NCBI GenBank assembly: GCA_035602245.1
Contig: DATNMO010000020.1
Span: forward strand, 45,648-109,647
Direction: 5' to 3'
DNA length: 64,000 nucleotides
Source of the DNA: Gemmatimonadales bacterium
GTDB lineage: Bacteria > Gemmatimonadota > Gemmatimonadetes > Gemmatimonadales > GWC2-71-9
In this document: piece after piece, positions 11,599-22,120 of the stretch
Position numbering within the stretch: the first letter of the stretch is position 1
How the letters are laid out: every line of letters starts with the position of its first letter
The notes under the pieces: model-generated
Databases searched by the model: none
Told to the model about the DNA's origin: nothing
The model's input: only the letters and a program-made list of their open reading frames with translations
Translations under genes and position numbers: made by a program

Positions 11599-13848
11599 CT
11601 AGCGCGCCACGACTTGAAATCGCTGCGTACGCGTGGCGCTCACGCCGGTTGCGGGATCAGTGATGACAACAGTGAGACGGTAGTTGCCCTTCGCCACGTC
11701 GCGCAACGCGATGCCGCGATGCTCACGGGTGAGCGGTCCGGTGGCCGCGGCGTCGAACTCGAGTAGCACGGGCGAGCGCCCGCCGCCGAACAGGCGGCGG
11801 ATCGCCCCGAACAACGAGCGGCCGCCCTCGCGGTCCAGCCGCACGATGGTGTGATACACCGCCCCGCTCGCGAGACCGTAGATCTCGTAATACAACTCGG
11901 CGGCGCTGCCTTCGGGGAAGCGATGCAGCGGGTTGAGCCGCACGGTGTCTCCGGGCGGCAGCCACACGAGCCCCGATCCTTCGCGTCCCACGACGACGTC
12001 GCTCACGGCGAAGCGGCGTCCGTCGAGCGCCTCGACACGCAGCGAATCGCTCACCAAGTCGCCCGCGGAGCCGTCGGGCGTGGTGACGAGCAAGCGGTAC
12101 CGGTAGTGCCCCGGCGGGACCGGCAGGGCGACCCGCCCGGTGAGATACGCCGGGTTGCGCAGCGCCTGCCGCGCTGCGAAGACGCGCAGCGTGTCGAGGC
12201 GCGCGACGATGCGGTCGGTCGAATCGGAGACGACGAGCCGAAACCGCAGCGGATAGCGAATGCCATCGCCACCCGGCTCGGCCGTCAACCGCTCGCCGGG
12301 AATTGCGAATACGACATGCAGCGTCTGTGCCACGCTGTCGGCCGTCTCCGCACCTTCCCTTTTTTCCCCACCCATGACGAACTCACTCGTGACGACGTCG
12401 AGCGGCAGGTCGAAGCGCTGGGCGTAGCTGTCGCTCGTCGTGCCCACCGCGATGTTGCGGCGGCCGAGGGCGCGCTCCTGGGCGAGCGCGCTGCCCGGGG
12501 CGCGCAGGGTGTGTCCCATGCGGCCGTACAGCGGCCCGAACTGGTCGCGGCTGGCGTACAGCTGGCTCACCTGCGAATCGGCGAACGCCCCGGCCCGCAC
12601 GGCGCGGCCGAAGCCGAGCACGTCTACGAGGCTTTCCACCAGTTTGAAGTCCTGCACGTCGCCGCGGGCCGCAAAGTGGAAGATCAGGTCGCCCGTTTCG
12701 CGGCGATACAGCCAGCTCTCGTTGGCCGCGCAGCCGTCGCCCGTGGGGCCTTCGGCCTCGGTGCAGATGAACCGCGCGCGCCGGTCCGGCTCGCCGTGCC
12801 GCAGGTAGATCACGCCCCGGTCATCGAACTCGACCTGCTTGGGCCGATAGACCTCGGTGATGTCGTAGTGGCGGTGCCGGCTGACGAGCCGGAAGTTGCG
12901 CCGCGCGTAGAACCAGCGGCGATAATGCTCGGCGAGCCGCTCGCCGACCTCGCGCGCCGCCACGACGTCGCGGCGCGTCCAGAACTGCTCGAGCCAGCGG
13001 TCGCGCGCGCCGGGATCCGGAAGCCCGTCAAAGGCCGCCAACTCCGCGGAGTCGGCGGTCCAGGAGAGATCGGTGCGGTACAGCGTGAGTGCTGCCGCAG
13101 ACGTGGCAGCCCGTGCGCCCGCAAAGTATGCGGCCCACCCCTGGGCGTCGCTGCGCGCCAAGTAGAACGTGCGCGCCAGCTCCAGCAATCCCACCCCCGA
13201 ATCGCCGCCCACGGTGATGTAGGCGCGAAAGGCGGCGAGGGCCGAGTCGGCTTCGCCGGCCTCGCGCTCCACGCGCCCGCGCACCAGCTGCACCTCCGCG
13301 TAACGCCCCGCGGGCGAGGCCGCGGCGAGCCGCACCGCGGCGAGCGCGACCTCGAGCCGCGGCCGGACGCGCTGGGTGAGGGCGGTGTTCGCGAGATCCA
13401 CGACCGCGGAGGCGAAGCTCGGGTCCGCCTCGGTCGCGCGTGCGAACGCCTTCGCCGCCTTGGACAGGTAATCCTTGCCGAGCATCTGCCGGAGATTCTC
13501 GATCGCGAGCACAGTGTGCTCACCGACGGCGAGCTCCGAGAGCCCCAGGCCATACCACGGGTACGGCCAGTCAGGTCGCAGCTCGCCGGCCCACTCGAAT
13601 TCTCCAGCCGCCGCATCGTAGTGCGACTTGGCCTGCGTGATTTCCCCCATCCGGTAGGCGATGAATCCCAGTCGCAGGTGGATGAGCGGATCGTTGCGGT
13701 GCTGCTTCGCCACTTCGATCATCGCCGACTCCACCCGCCCCAAGGCCGCGCTGTCCTGAACGGTGGCGAGAGAGTCGCGCAGCGACGCCAAGTCGGCACG
13801 CTCCGCGGGAGATTGCGCCAGGACTGCGAGGAGGGCGAGCAGAGGCAT
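11599..13848 (-). CDS. GWxTD domain-containing exported protein with TPR-like N-terminus
   Basis: Signal peptide MPLLALLAVLAQ; EQFWTRRD, EHYRRWFYARRNF, DDRGVIYLRHGEPD, NESWLY. Confidence 0.8.
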   Translation of the reverse strand: MPLLALLAVLAQSPAERADLASLRDSLATVQDSAALGRVESAMIEVAKQHRNDPLIHLRLGFIAYRMGEITQAKSHYDAAAGEFEWAGELRPDWPYPWYGLGLSELAVGEHTVLAIENLRQMLGKDYLSKAAKAFARATEADPSFASAVVDLANTALTQRVRPRLEVALAAVRLAAASPAGRYAEVQLVRGRVEREAGEADSALAAFRAYITVGGDSGVGLLELARTFYLARSDAQGWAAYFAGARAATSAAALTLYRTDLSWTADSAELAAFDGLPDPGARDRWLEQFWTRRDVVAAREVGERLAEHYRRWFYARRNFRLVSRHRHYDITEVYRPKQVEFDDRGVIYLRHGEPDRRARFICTEAEGPTGDGCAANESWLYRRETGDLIFHFAARGDVQDFKLVESLVDVLGFGRAVRAGAFADSQVSQLYASRDQFGPLYGRMGHTLRAPGSALAQERALGRRNIAVGTTSDSYAQRFDLPLDVVTSEFVMGGEKREGAETADSVAQTLHVVFAIPGERLTAEPGGDGIRYPLRFRLVVSDSTDRIVARLDTLRVFAARQALRNPAYLTGRVALPVPPGHYRYRLLVTTPDGSAGDLVSDSLRVEALDGRRFAVSDVVVGREGSGLVWLPPGDTVRLNPLHRFPEGSAAELYYEIYGLASGAVYHTIVRLDREGGRSLFGAIRRLFGGGRSPVLLEFDAAATGPLTREHRGIALRDVAKGNYRLTVVITDPATGVSATRTQRFQVVAR

Positions 13849-13884
13849 ATGCACAATTCTACCCCCCGCCGACGTTGGGGTGCG

Positions 13885-16650
13885 TCAGAAATCGGCGGTG
13901 AGGGCCGCGTACATCCGGGTGTGCCCGGTGGCGGGTTGCGCGACACCCACGCGCACGCGCAGCGGGAAGTCGTAGCTCACCATGAGATCGCCGATGAGCT
14001 CCACGCCTACCGATCGGAGGCGGTGCAGCCGCGCTTGCTGGCCGCTATCCCACGCGTCTCCGACGTCGCCGAAGACGGCGAGCGCGAGCTTGTCGGCGCC
14101 GAGCGGGAGGCGGCCCAGAGACCTCCCAAGCAGCGCGAGCGGCAGGCGGTACTCGGCCGTCGCCGTCGCGGCGCGGCGGCCGCGCAGTGCGCTCCCGCGA
14201 TATCCACGGACGGGGAACGAGCGCGTGGTGCCGAGGCTCTGTCCGAACCCCACGTCGATCGCGCCCGACGAAACGCCGCCGACCCCAAACCGGTCCGAGA
14301 GCGGCCCGTCGAGGGCACCGGCCGCGACGCGCACCGCCAGCACAGGGTATGCGAATCCGATGCGTGGACCGAGGCGCGCATACAGCGCCAGCCGGACGCG
14401 CACCTCGTCCAACCAACGCGGAGTGCCCTGCTCTTCGCGGCGCCGGTACAGGAGACTCGCGGCCGCGCCATCCTGCAGCGACACGGTGAGCGGCGCGCCG
14501 ACCACTGATCCCAGGGAGATGCTCGCGGACCCGCCTACGAGGTCGCGGTGCTGGCAGCCGGGACAGACAGCGGTGACCGAGGTATCGGGCGAAACGGTAT
14601 AGCGTCTTCCTTCATATTCGACGGCGAGCCGCGGGGTCACGAAGCTGCGCCAACGGTGCGCCAATACCGTCGCGCCGAGGGCGGCTTCACGGTGCTCCGT
14701 CGATACCGTGTGGCCCAGGCTGTCGGTGCCGACGAGCGACCAGTCGCTCGAGCCGGAGACATCGATCGTCGGGTCACCGAGGGCGTGGGTGACGAAGTAC
14801 ACCGAGCCGCGCGCGCGCAGCGGTGACGGGGAGACGAGGCCTTCGAGGAAATACGCGTAGCGGCCCACGGCGTCGGCGCCTGCCGTCGCCGCGCCGAAGA
14901 AGCGTCCGGCGGCGCCGGCGTCGAACGCGATGGGGAGCCAAAAGTGGGGCCGCAACGAGGGCCAGACAGCGTATCCGGTTTCGCGGACTGCGACGGGCGG
15001 CGCCGAGTCGAACGGCGCCGAGGGTGAGGGGACAGGCAGCGACGCCACGCTACGTGCAGACGGCGCGACCGCGCGCAGCTCCCATCCGCTCGGGCCGAGC
15101 GTCGTGAACAGGAGCGTACCGTCGGGCAGCGGTGCGGGCGCGCGCGCGCCGAACGGCTCCGCCGTCAGCTGCGCGACCCCACGGTCCTCAGTCCAGAGAT
15201 GGATTTGCGGAAACCCGGCGACGTCCGACACGTACAGCACGCCGCCGCGCATCCATGCCGGATCGGCGACTACGCCCGGCGGCTGGGCCAGGACGACGAC
15301 CGATTCGGGCGCGGCGGCGGGCCAGCGCACCAAGGCCCAGTGGCCGTCCCGGTGGCGGCTTGCCGCAACCCAGCGGCCATCAGGCGATGGGACCACCGCG
15401 CCCCATGTCGTGCCCGGCGGGTCCGGCACGCCCGGCATCGCCGGCGCGTTGTCACCGGGCGTAAGGGCCAGCGCTGCGAGCACGCCTCCCCCCGCGCGCG
15501 GCTCGGTGAGCCGCGCGCCCGTCGTGATGCGGCGCCAGGCCCCGCCGGGGGGAGGCTCCCACCGCCACAGGTCGCTGCGCAGCTTCCAGCGATCGATGTA
15601 ATCCAGCTGCGCGACGATCAACGTATCACCGAGCCAGTCGTAGCCCACCTGCGCCGTGACGCGGTGCGAACGGATGCTCCTGCCGGTTGCAAGATCCACC
15701 ACGCGCAGCCGCCGCGCGCCGCGGCCGTCATCACCCAGGAAGGCGACGCTGCGCCCATCCGGAGCGACACGCGGTACCGGCTGGCTGCGCAGCGCGCCGG
15801 CGATCAGCCGGCTGCGCGTCTCCGGCTGTTCCGGCGCCGCGGCGGCGATTGCGCGCGTCCACTCGTCCGTCAGCGTCGCTCCAACCTGGCGCAGCGGGCG
15901 GCCCACGCGGAACGGAATCAACTGCCCTGCCGTCGCCTCGGCGAAGCGCGGCACGACGGAATCACCTGCAGTACCCGCCACATGCTCCCAGAACCGACTG
16001 CCGTAGGCATACGGAGCCAGCCCGCCCGGCCAACGCGTGAACAGGAGCGCATCCCAGGGCGAGCGCGCGCTCCCGGCCGCGCCATCGGCGGCGACCACCT
16101 GACGGTGGAAGCTGCCCTCCGCGCGGCCCCCGGCCGTGAAGCGGGTCTCGTAGTAGGTGGCGAGTCCCTCCACGACCCAGCTGGGTTGGTATTGGTTGGG
16201 AAACAGTCCGGGTGCGCGACCGAACACCGACTGCAGCACCTTCCACAATCCACGCGAGCGGTCGAGATGAAAGACGTGCGTCAGCTCGTGCACGATCACG
16301 AGCCGCCGCCAGCTGTCGTAGACGTCCAGGTCGGGGTCGGAGACCGGAGGCGCGAGCAGCACCGTGAAGCGGTTCGAGGGATAGGTGGTCGCAAACCCAT
16401 TGGGCGTGTCCGCATCGTCGGCGAGCGTGAGATCGACGATCCCGCGCGGCGGGTGCAGCTCCGTGGCGAGCAGCGCATAGGCGCGCTCCGCCTCCGCCGC
16501 CGCCTCGACCGCGAGCGCGCGATAGGCGGGCCGAAAGTGAATGCGGAAGTGCGTGGAGTGGAGCGTGCGCCAGGGGCCGGACGGATCGACTTGGGCCGCG
16601 GCGCGCCCGGCGAGGAGGGCGATCGCCAAGAGCAGTGCGGCAACCCTCAT
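13885..16650 (-). CDS. Outer-membrane protein: gluzincin metallopeptidase - TolB-like propeller - Omp85/BamA-like barrel (921 aa)
   Basis: Signal MRVAALLLAIALL; IVHELTH...VVEGLATYYE; PRVAPDGR/VVPSPDGRW propeller repeats; barrel with VRGY, AVFGDVGDAW and terminal Phe. ATG 16650 overlaps the amidase TGA. Confidence 0.75.
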   Translation of the reverse strand: MRVAALLLAIALLAGRAAAQVDPSGPWRTLHSTHFRIHFRPAYRALAVEAAAEAERAYALLATELHPPRGIVDLTLADDADTPNGFATTYPSNRFTVLLAPPVSDPDLDVYDSWRRLVIVHELTHVFHLDRSRGLWKVLQSVFGRAPGLFPNQYQPSWVVEGLATYYETRFTAGGRAEGSFHRQVVAADGAAGSARSPWDALLFTRWPGGLAPYAYGSRFWEHVAGTAGDSVVPRFAEATAGQLIPFRVGRPLRQVGATLTDEWTRAIAAAAPEQPETRSRLIAGALRSQPVPRVAPDGRSVAFLGDDGRGARRLRVVDLATGRSIRSHRVTAQVGYDWLGDTLIVAQLDYIDRWKLRSDLWRWEPPPGGAWRRITTGARLTEPRAGGGVLAALALTPGDNAPAMPGVPDPPGTTWGAVVPSPDGRWVAASRHRDGHWALVRWPAAAPESVVVLAQPPGVVADPAWMRGGVLYVSDVAGFPQIHLWTEDRGVAQLTAEPFGARAPAPLPDGTLLFTTLGPSGWELRAVAPSARSVASLPVPSPSAPFDSAPPVAVRETGYAVWPSLRPHFWLPIAFDAGAAGRFFGAATAGADAVGRYAYFLEGLVSPSPLRARGSVYFVTHALGDPTIDVSGSSDWSLVGTDSLGHTVSTEHREAALGATVLAHRWRSFVTPRLAVEYEGRRYTVSPDTSVTAVCPGCQHRDLVGGSASISLGSVVGAPLTVSLQDGAAASLLYRRREEQGTPRWLDEVRVRLALYARLGPRIGFAYPVLAVRVAAGALDGPLSDRFGVGGVSSGAIDVGFGQSLGTTRSFPVRGYRGSALRGRRAATATAEYRLPLALLGRSLGRLPLGADKLALAVFGDVGDAWDSGQQARLHRLRSVGVELIGDLMVSYDFPLRVRVGVAQPATGHTRMYAALTADF

Positions 16651-18500
16651 CGAGCCATCTGTCTCAAGAACTCCTCGATCCCCCGCGCGATGCCGCGTGC
16701 GTAGCGCAGCTGGCCTTCCGGACTCCCGAGCATCGCCTCCTGCTCCGGGATCATCATGAACAGCCCCTCCGTCAGTGCCGAGGGCATCCACGGGTTGCGC
16801 ACCAGGGCGTAGTCGCCGCGTCCCATGCCCAGGTCGCGCACTCCCAGCTCGGCGACCAGCGCGCGATCGAGCGCCCGCGCCAGCGCCGCGCTGCGCGGAT
16901 GGAAGTAATAGACGCTCGTGCCGTTGTTGACGAACGGATTCACGCCATCGGGAAGCGCGTTCGCGTGAATCGAGACGAGCACGTCGGCGTCGTGCTGCTC
17001 GGCGAACCGGGTGCGGGGAAAGAGATCGACCGGGTTGGAGTCGGTGCGCGTCAGCAGCACCGTCGCGCCCGCACGCTCGAGCAAGGTCCGCGCCTGCAGC
17101 GCCACGGCGAGCGTCGCGACGGGCTCCCACAGCCCAGAGGGTCCCTTCGCGCCGATCGGCGGATGGCCGGGGTCGAGAACAATCGTTCGGCCCGCGAGCG
17201 GCCGGCGCGGGTCGATCGCCGGAGGGCGACGCACTTCGAGCAGCAGATCCCGACCGCTCCAGCGCGTGCGGTAGCCCCACACCGGTCCCGAGAGGGTGAG
17301 CGTGATCGTCACCTCGTCGGCGCTCGGTTGCGCGTAGCTCATGCGCGTGACGTACGGATCCGTGCCCCCGTGCTGCATCCAGTTGATGTCGGAGGCGACG
17401 CCATACAGCCGCAGCGTGAGGCTCCGGTCTCCTTCTTCCACCTGGAACGGCACGCGGGCGGGCAGCGGCACGCGCAACACCAGCGAACGCGCGTCAGCCA
17501 CGGAGACCAGGCGGACGGAGCCCACCGTCCCGCCGGGCGGCGGCGTCCCAGGCGTGAGCGGGACGACATCGGCCGTGTTCACCCACGCGACCGCCCCCCG
17601 CGAGAGCTGCAGTCGAGTCTGGCCATTCCGGCGGCCCGACACGACGGACGTCGTCCCCAGTGGGAAGAACCAATTGTAGGTGCCGTACGGCACCGCCCTG
17701 CCCACCGTCAGGCTGTCGCTCTTTCCCGTATGCGCGGTGTCGTCATTGAGCACGATCACGGCGGGATGCCCGCGATCGAGGGTGTCCACGAACAACGGCC
17801 AGAAGGCGCGGGCGATGTCGGCGCCCACGACGGCTTCGACGATCGCGTCGCACAGCGGCTGGGCGGGCAGCCATCCCACGTAGCGACCGGCGGCGGGGGG
17901 CAGGCGATAGGTGGCGGTGTCGGTGCCGAACGCGCGCACGCCCCACGCGGGCTCGTCCGGTTGCGTATCGGGAACGAATGGGATCGAGACGCCGCCTTCC
18001 ATTCGCAGTCGCACGGAGGCGCCCGGCGTGGCGCGCACCGAGAGCCGGATTCCTTCTCCCGCGGGAAAAACGAGTGTGTCGGTCGGCGCGAGGCTCGTCG
18101 TATCGATCCACGCCGCGGCACCGGGCGGCGGCCGGAATCGCGGCGCGATGCGCGCGACGAATGTGGTCTCGCGCCATTCGCTTCCCGCACCCGCGCGCGC
18201 GGCGATCTGGAACCGCGCGATCGTGTCATCGGGAAGCGGCACCCACGCGAGCCACGTTCCGCTCGGGTGCACGGGCACGGCCTGTCCATTGACGGTGAGC
18301 GCAGCGTCACCGCGGCCACGTCCCACGTTGCCGAACAGAAATACAGAGTCGTGCGACTGGATGGGCTCTGCGGTGTCGGGATAGATAACGTTGATGCGCA
18401 GCGGCTCGCGTGTGCTCGGGGAAGGAGGGGCGGACTCGCGTCGCGATGCGGCCGCGCACCCCGTGGCGGCGACGAGAAGCGCGGCGCGGACGAGTCGCAT
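16647..18500 (-). CDS. N-acetylmuramoyl-L-alanine amidase (Amidase_3), probable lipoprotein
   Basis: IVLDPGH, EPVATL, VSIHANA, LTEGLFM; lipobox-like AATGC. Confidence 0.9.
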   Translation of the reverse strand: MRLVRAALLVAATGCAAASRRESAPPSPSTREPLRINVIYPDTAEPIQSHDSVFLFGNVGRGRGDAALTVNGQAVPVHPSGTWLAWVPLPDDTIARFQIAARAGAGSEWRETTFVARIAPRFRPPPGAAAWIDTTSLAPTDTLVFPAGEGIRLSVRATPGASVRLRMEGGVSIPFVPDTQPDEPAWGVRAFGTDTATYRLPPAAGRYVGWLPAQPLCDAIVEAVVGADIARAFWPLFVDTLDRGHPAVIVLNDDTAHTGKSDSLTVGRAVPYGTYNWFFPLGTTSVVSGRRNGQTRLQLSRGAVAWVNTADVVPLTPGTPPPGGTVGSVRLVSVADARSLVLRVPLPARVPFQVEEGDRSLTLRLYGVASDINWMQHGGTDPYVTRMSYAQPSADEVTITLTLSGPVWGYRTRWSGRDLLLEVRRPPAIDPRRPLAGRTIVLDPGHPPIGAKGPSGLWEPVATLAVALQARTLLERAGATVLLTRTDSNPVDLFPRTRFAEQHDADVLVSIHANALPDGVNPFVNNGTSVYYFHPRSAALARALDRALVAELGVRDLGMGRGDYALVRNPWMPSALTEGLFMMIPEQEAMLGSPEGQLRYARGIARGIEEFLRQMAR

Positions 18501-18571
18501 GTGGCGCAAGCTATCATTGAGCAATAGATTGGGCCACCTTACTTTATGGCCCTAGTGGAGCACCCTCGCGC

Positions 18572-19483
18572 GTGAGCACCTGCCAGTATTGCGGCCGCCA
18601 GAATGAGGCCGGCGCGCAATTCTGCACCGACTGCGGGAAGCCGCTGACCAAGGCGGCGGCCGCCCGGGCCGCCGTCGCCGCCGGTGGGGGGGGGAGTGGG
18701 GGTGTGGTTTCCCGCACGAGCGGACCACCCTCCCCGGACACTACCCAAGTCGATACCGCCCCCTGCCCCGTTTGTGGTTCGATCGTCGCCTCCTACGGCC
18801 CTGACCGCCGCTTCACGCTGGATAAACGCTCCGACCATTCGCTGACCTTGGTGCTGATCTCCGACATGGCGACCGAGGTGCAGCGCTTCGAGCGCAAGCA
18901 CGCCTCGACGACGATCGGCCGGGCGGAAGGCGACATCCGGTTCCCGGACGACCCGTTCCTGTCGCCCCTGCACGCCAAGCTATCGTGGGAAGATGGCCGC
19001 CTCGAGGTTCGGGATCTGGGCAGCCGCAACGGCACCTGGGTGTTCCTCGAGGCCCCCTACCGGCTCGCGGACGGCGACCTGTTCCTCATCGGCTCCCAGG
19101 TGATCCGGTTCCGCCGCCTCGGCTACCCTGGGCCCCACGCTCCCGATGCGGACGCGACGAAACGCATGGGGAGCATGGTTCCGAGCGCCGACATCGCCAG
19201 TCTCACGCAGCTGCGCTCCGACGGCAGCTCACGTGACATGATCCAGCTGTCGCCGGGCCGCGACGTTCATATCGGGCGCGAGCGGGGCGACTGGATCTTC
19301 CCCTACGATCCCTCCATGAGCGCGCAGCACGCGACAGTGCGCTCCGAGGATGCCGACTTCGTGCTGCTCGACGATCACAGCCGCAACGGCATCGCGATCG
19401 CAGCCCGCGGGGCGATGCCACTACAGCACGGCTCCCGGATCATGGTGGGCGACAAGCTCCTGCGCGTCGAGCTGCCGACGTGA
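18572..19483 (+). CDS. Double zinc ribbon plus two FHA domains
   Basis: CQYC..CTDC; IGRAEGD..SPLHA..DLGSRNGT; IGRERGD..SAQHA..SRNG. Confidence 0.88.
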   Translation: MSTCQYCGRQNEAGAQFCTDCGKPLTKAAAARAAVAAGGGGSGGVVSRTSGPPSPDTTQVDTAPCPVCGSIVASYGPDRRFTLDKRSDHSLTLVLISDMATEVQRFERKHASTTIGRAEGDIRFPDDPFLSPLHAKLSWEDGRLEVRDLGSRNGTWVFLEAPYRLADGDLFLIGSQVIRFRRLGYPGPHAPDADATKRMGSMVPSADIASLTQLRSDGSSRDMIQLSPGRDVHIGRERGDWIFPYDPSMSAQHATVRSEDADFVLLDDHSRNGIAIAARGAMPLQHGSRIMVGDKLLRVELPT

Positions 19484-21077
19484 AGATCTGCCCCGTCTGC
19501 TCCACCGAGTACCCGGATGACGTGAAGTTCTGCCCAAACGACGGGCAGACGCTGCGGGCGGCGGCCCCCGCGGCGAACCTCGTCGGCCAGGTCGTAGCCG
19601 ACCGCTATCACGTCGTGAAGAAGCTGGGCGAGGGCGGTATGGGCCAGGTCTACCTGGCCGAGCACGTGAAGATGGGACGGCGGAGCGCGATCAAGGTGAT
19701 GAATCCGTCGATGGTGCATGATCCCGACGCGGTGGCGCGCTTCAATCGCGAGGCGTCGAACGCGAGCCGGATCACTCACCCCAACGTCTGCGCGATCTAC
19801 GATTTCGGTGAGACGCCCGACGGACTCATCTACCTCGCCATGGAGTTCATCGAAGGCGAGCCGCTCACCGATCTCCTGGAGCGCGACGGCGCGCTGCCCG
19901 TACCGCGTGCCGCGAGCATCTTCCAGCAAACGGCCGACGCGCTGCAGGCGGCGCACGATCTGGGAATCGTGCACCGCGACTTGAAGCCGGACAACATCAT
20001 GTTGACGCGGCGCAAAGGGGGCGGCGACACCGTCAAGGTGGTGGACTTCGGCATCGCCAAGGCGGTGGGAGGCGACCAGCCGGGCCAGCAGGTGACCAAG
20101 ACGGGGCTGGTCGTGGGCACGCCGGAGTTCATGAGTCCCGAGCAGCTGTCGGGGGACGCGCTTGACGGCCGCAGCGATCTCTACTCGTTGGCGCTGGTGT
20201 TCTACCGGATGCTGAGCGGCAAGCTGCCGTTCGAGGCGACGACCGTTCAGGAAACGATGATCAAGCGGCTCACCGACGAGCCGATGAAGCTCGCCGAGTC
20301 GCGCCCCGATGTTTCCTTCCCGCCGGGACTGCAGGCGGTGCTCGATACCGCGCTCGCGCGCAGCCCCATAGATCGCTACCAGACGGTAGCGAAGTTCGCG
20401 GCAGACGTCGCCGCGGTCACCGGCGGCCGGGCGCCGACCGCCGCGGTGCCGCAGACGCGTGACGGTAGCAGCGACACCGCGGGGAAGACGCAGCTGCTCG
20501 ACCCGTCCGCCGGCGCTACGCAGCGGATGTCGGGGAAACGCGCGCCGGGGGGGGGGGCGACCCCGCCGGCCAAGAAGCGATCGCTCGTTCCGGTGGCAAT
20601 CGGCGCGGTCGTACTCCTCGCCGCGGGCGGCGCCGGCGCGGCCTACCTGAGCGGCGGCAGCAAGACCAACGGCAACCCGGTGGACACCAGTCGCGTGTCG
20701 CACGACACGGCAAAGACGGTCGCGAATCACGAGATTGTGAGGCCACCGGCAAACGCCGGCACGCCGACGCGGAGCCCGGGGGGCGGACTCTGGCACAGGT
20801 CGACAGCGCCGCGCTTGATAAGCAGCTGGGCGACATTCTGGATCTTGTTCTTGATCCGCAGACCCTTGCCACCGGCCGCCTGCGCGCCACCGCGATTTAC
20901 GACAACGAGCGCGCCCCGGCGACGCGGCGCGCGCAGGCCGCTCTCATGGTAGCGCAGGCGTTCCTTCAAGAGTCGCAAACTGACCAGGCGTGCCGCTGGA
21001 ACGGACACGCTCTGCGCCTAAAACCGACGAACGCTACGTGTCAGACCTTCAAGCGTGACCAGAGGTGCGAGTCCTAA
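19480..21077 (+). CDS. Zinc ribbon - Ser/Thr kinase - TM - helical C-domain, with an apparent 1-nt frameshift near 20778
   Basis: GEGGMGQV, HRDLKPDN, DFGIAK, GTPEFMSPEQ. The ORF track stops at 20952, but adding one base at the G6 run (20778-83) gives a protein-like tail ending at TAA 21075-77, 2 nt before the PP2C ATG. Confidence 0.85.
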
Positions 21078-21079
21078 GC

Positions 21080-22120
21080 ATGTTCGGACGCTCCTCCTCC
21101 AAGCCCATCCGCGTCGAGGTCTTCGGCAAGACCGACCTCGGACGCACGCGGGACCACAACGAGGACCGCTTCCTCGTCGCGGACCTGACCCGCCGGACGG
21201 CATCGTTGCAGCCCCAGGTGCGCCAGCACGACATCGGCGAGCGGGGGTCGCTGTTCGTCGTCGCCGACGGGATGGGCGGCGCCGCGGCGGGCGAGCTGGC
21301 CAGCGAGATGGCGACGGACATCATTTACGCGCACCTCGTAAAGACCTGGAATGCGGAAGAAGAACTCACGCCGCAGCGTTTCGCGTACCGACTGAAAGAA
21401 GCGGTGGAAGTCGCGAATTCGAGCATCCACGCGCACGCCAAGGCCCACCCCGAAGTGCGCGGCATGGGAACGACGACGACCGCCGCTGGCGTCCTCGGCG
21501 ACCATCTCTACCTCACCCAGGTGGGCGACAGCCGGGCATACCTGATCCGCGGCGGCGAGGCGCATCAGATCACGAAGGACCAATCGCTGATGCAACGGCT
21601 GGTCGAAGCGGGTGAGCTGACCGAAGAGGAAGCGGCGCACAGCGAACGCCGCAACATCATCCTCCAGGCGCTCGGGCCAGACCCCAAGGTCAAGGTCGAT
21701 CTCACGCACCAGGAGGTGCGCCGTGGCGACGTCCTTGTCCTCTGCTCGGACGGGCTCTCCGGCCAAGTAAAGAAGGAAGAGATCGCGAAGATCGTCACCT
21801 CGGCGCCCGAATTGAGCGCCGCCTGCGAACAGCTGGTCGCGCTCGCCAACGAGCGCGGCGGCCCCGACAACATCACGGTGGTCATCGCCCGGTTCGACGG
21901 TGACGGCCTGCGTTTCGCGGTGGCCGGACAACAGGAGGAAGTGGGTCACCAGGTCTACCCGCTCATCGACACCGAGACGAGCACGGAACCGGTGCCCGTG
22001 TACAAGGGCAGCCCGCCCCCGGTGCCGAACAAGGAAGCCCGCGGCCGGATGAGGACCGCCGTTCTCGCCGCGCTCGCCGTCACCGCCGCCCTCGTCTGGT
22101 ACCTCACCCGGAAGCAGTGA
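21080..22120 (+). CDS. PP2C/Stp1-family Ser/Thr phosphatase
   Basis: TDLGRTRDHNED, VADGMGG, VGDSRAY, LCSDGL, GGPDNIT. Confidence 0.95.
   Translation: MFGRSSSKPIRVEVFGKTDLGRTRDHNEDRFLVADLTRRTASLQPQVRQHDIGERGSLFVVADGMGGAAAGELASEMATDIIYAHLVKTWNAEEELTPQRFAYRLKEAVEVANSSIHAHAKAHPEVRGMGTTTTAAGVLGDHLYLTQVGDSRAYLIRGGEAHQITKDQSLMQRLVEAGELTEEEAAHSERRNIILQALGPDPKVKVDLTHQEVRRGDVLVLCSDGLSGQVKKEEIAKIVTSAPELSAACEQLVALANERGGPDNITVVIARFDGDGLRFAVAGQQEEVGHQVYPLIDTETSTEPVPVYKGSPPPVPNKEARGRMRTAVLAALAVTAALVWYLTRKQ

Noticed and set aside
13885-17280. 1131-aa version of the Omp85-like ORF
   Set aside because: The first 210 codons overlap the amidase in another frame. The signal peptide and ATGA coupling place the start at 16650.
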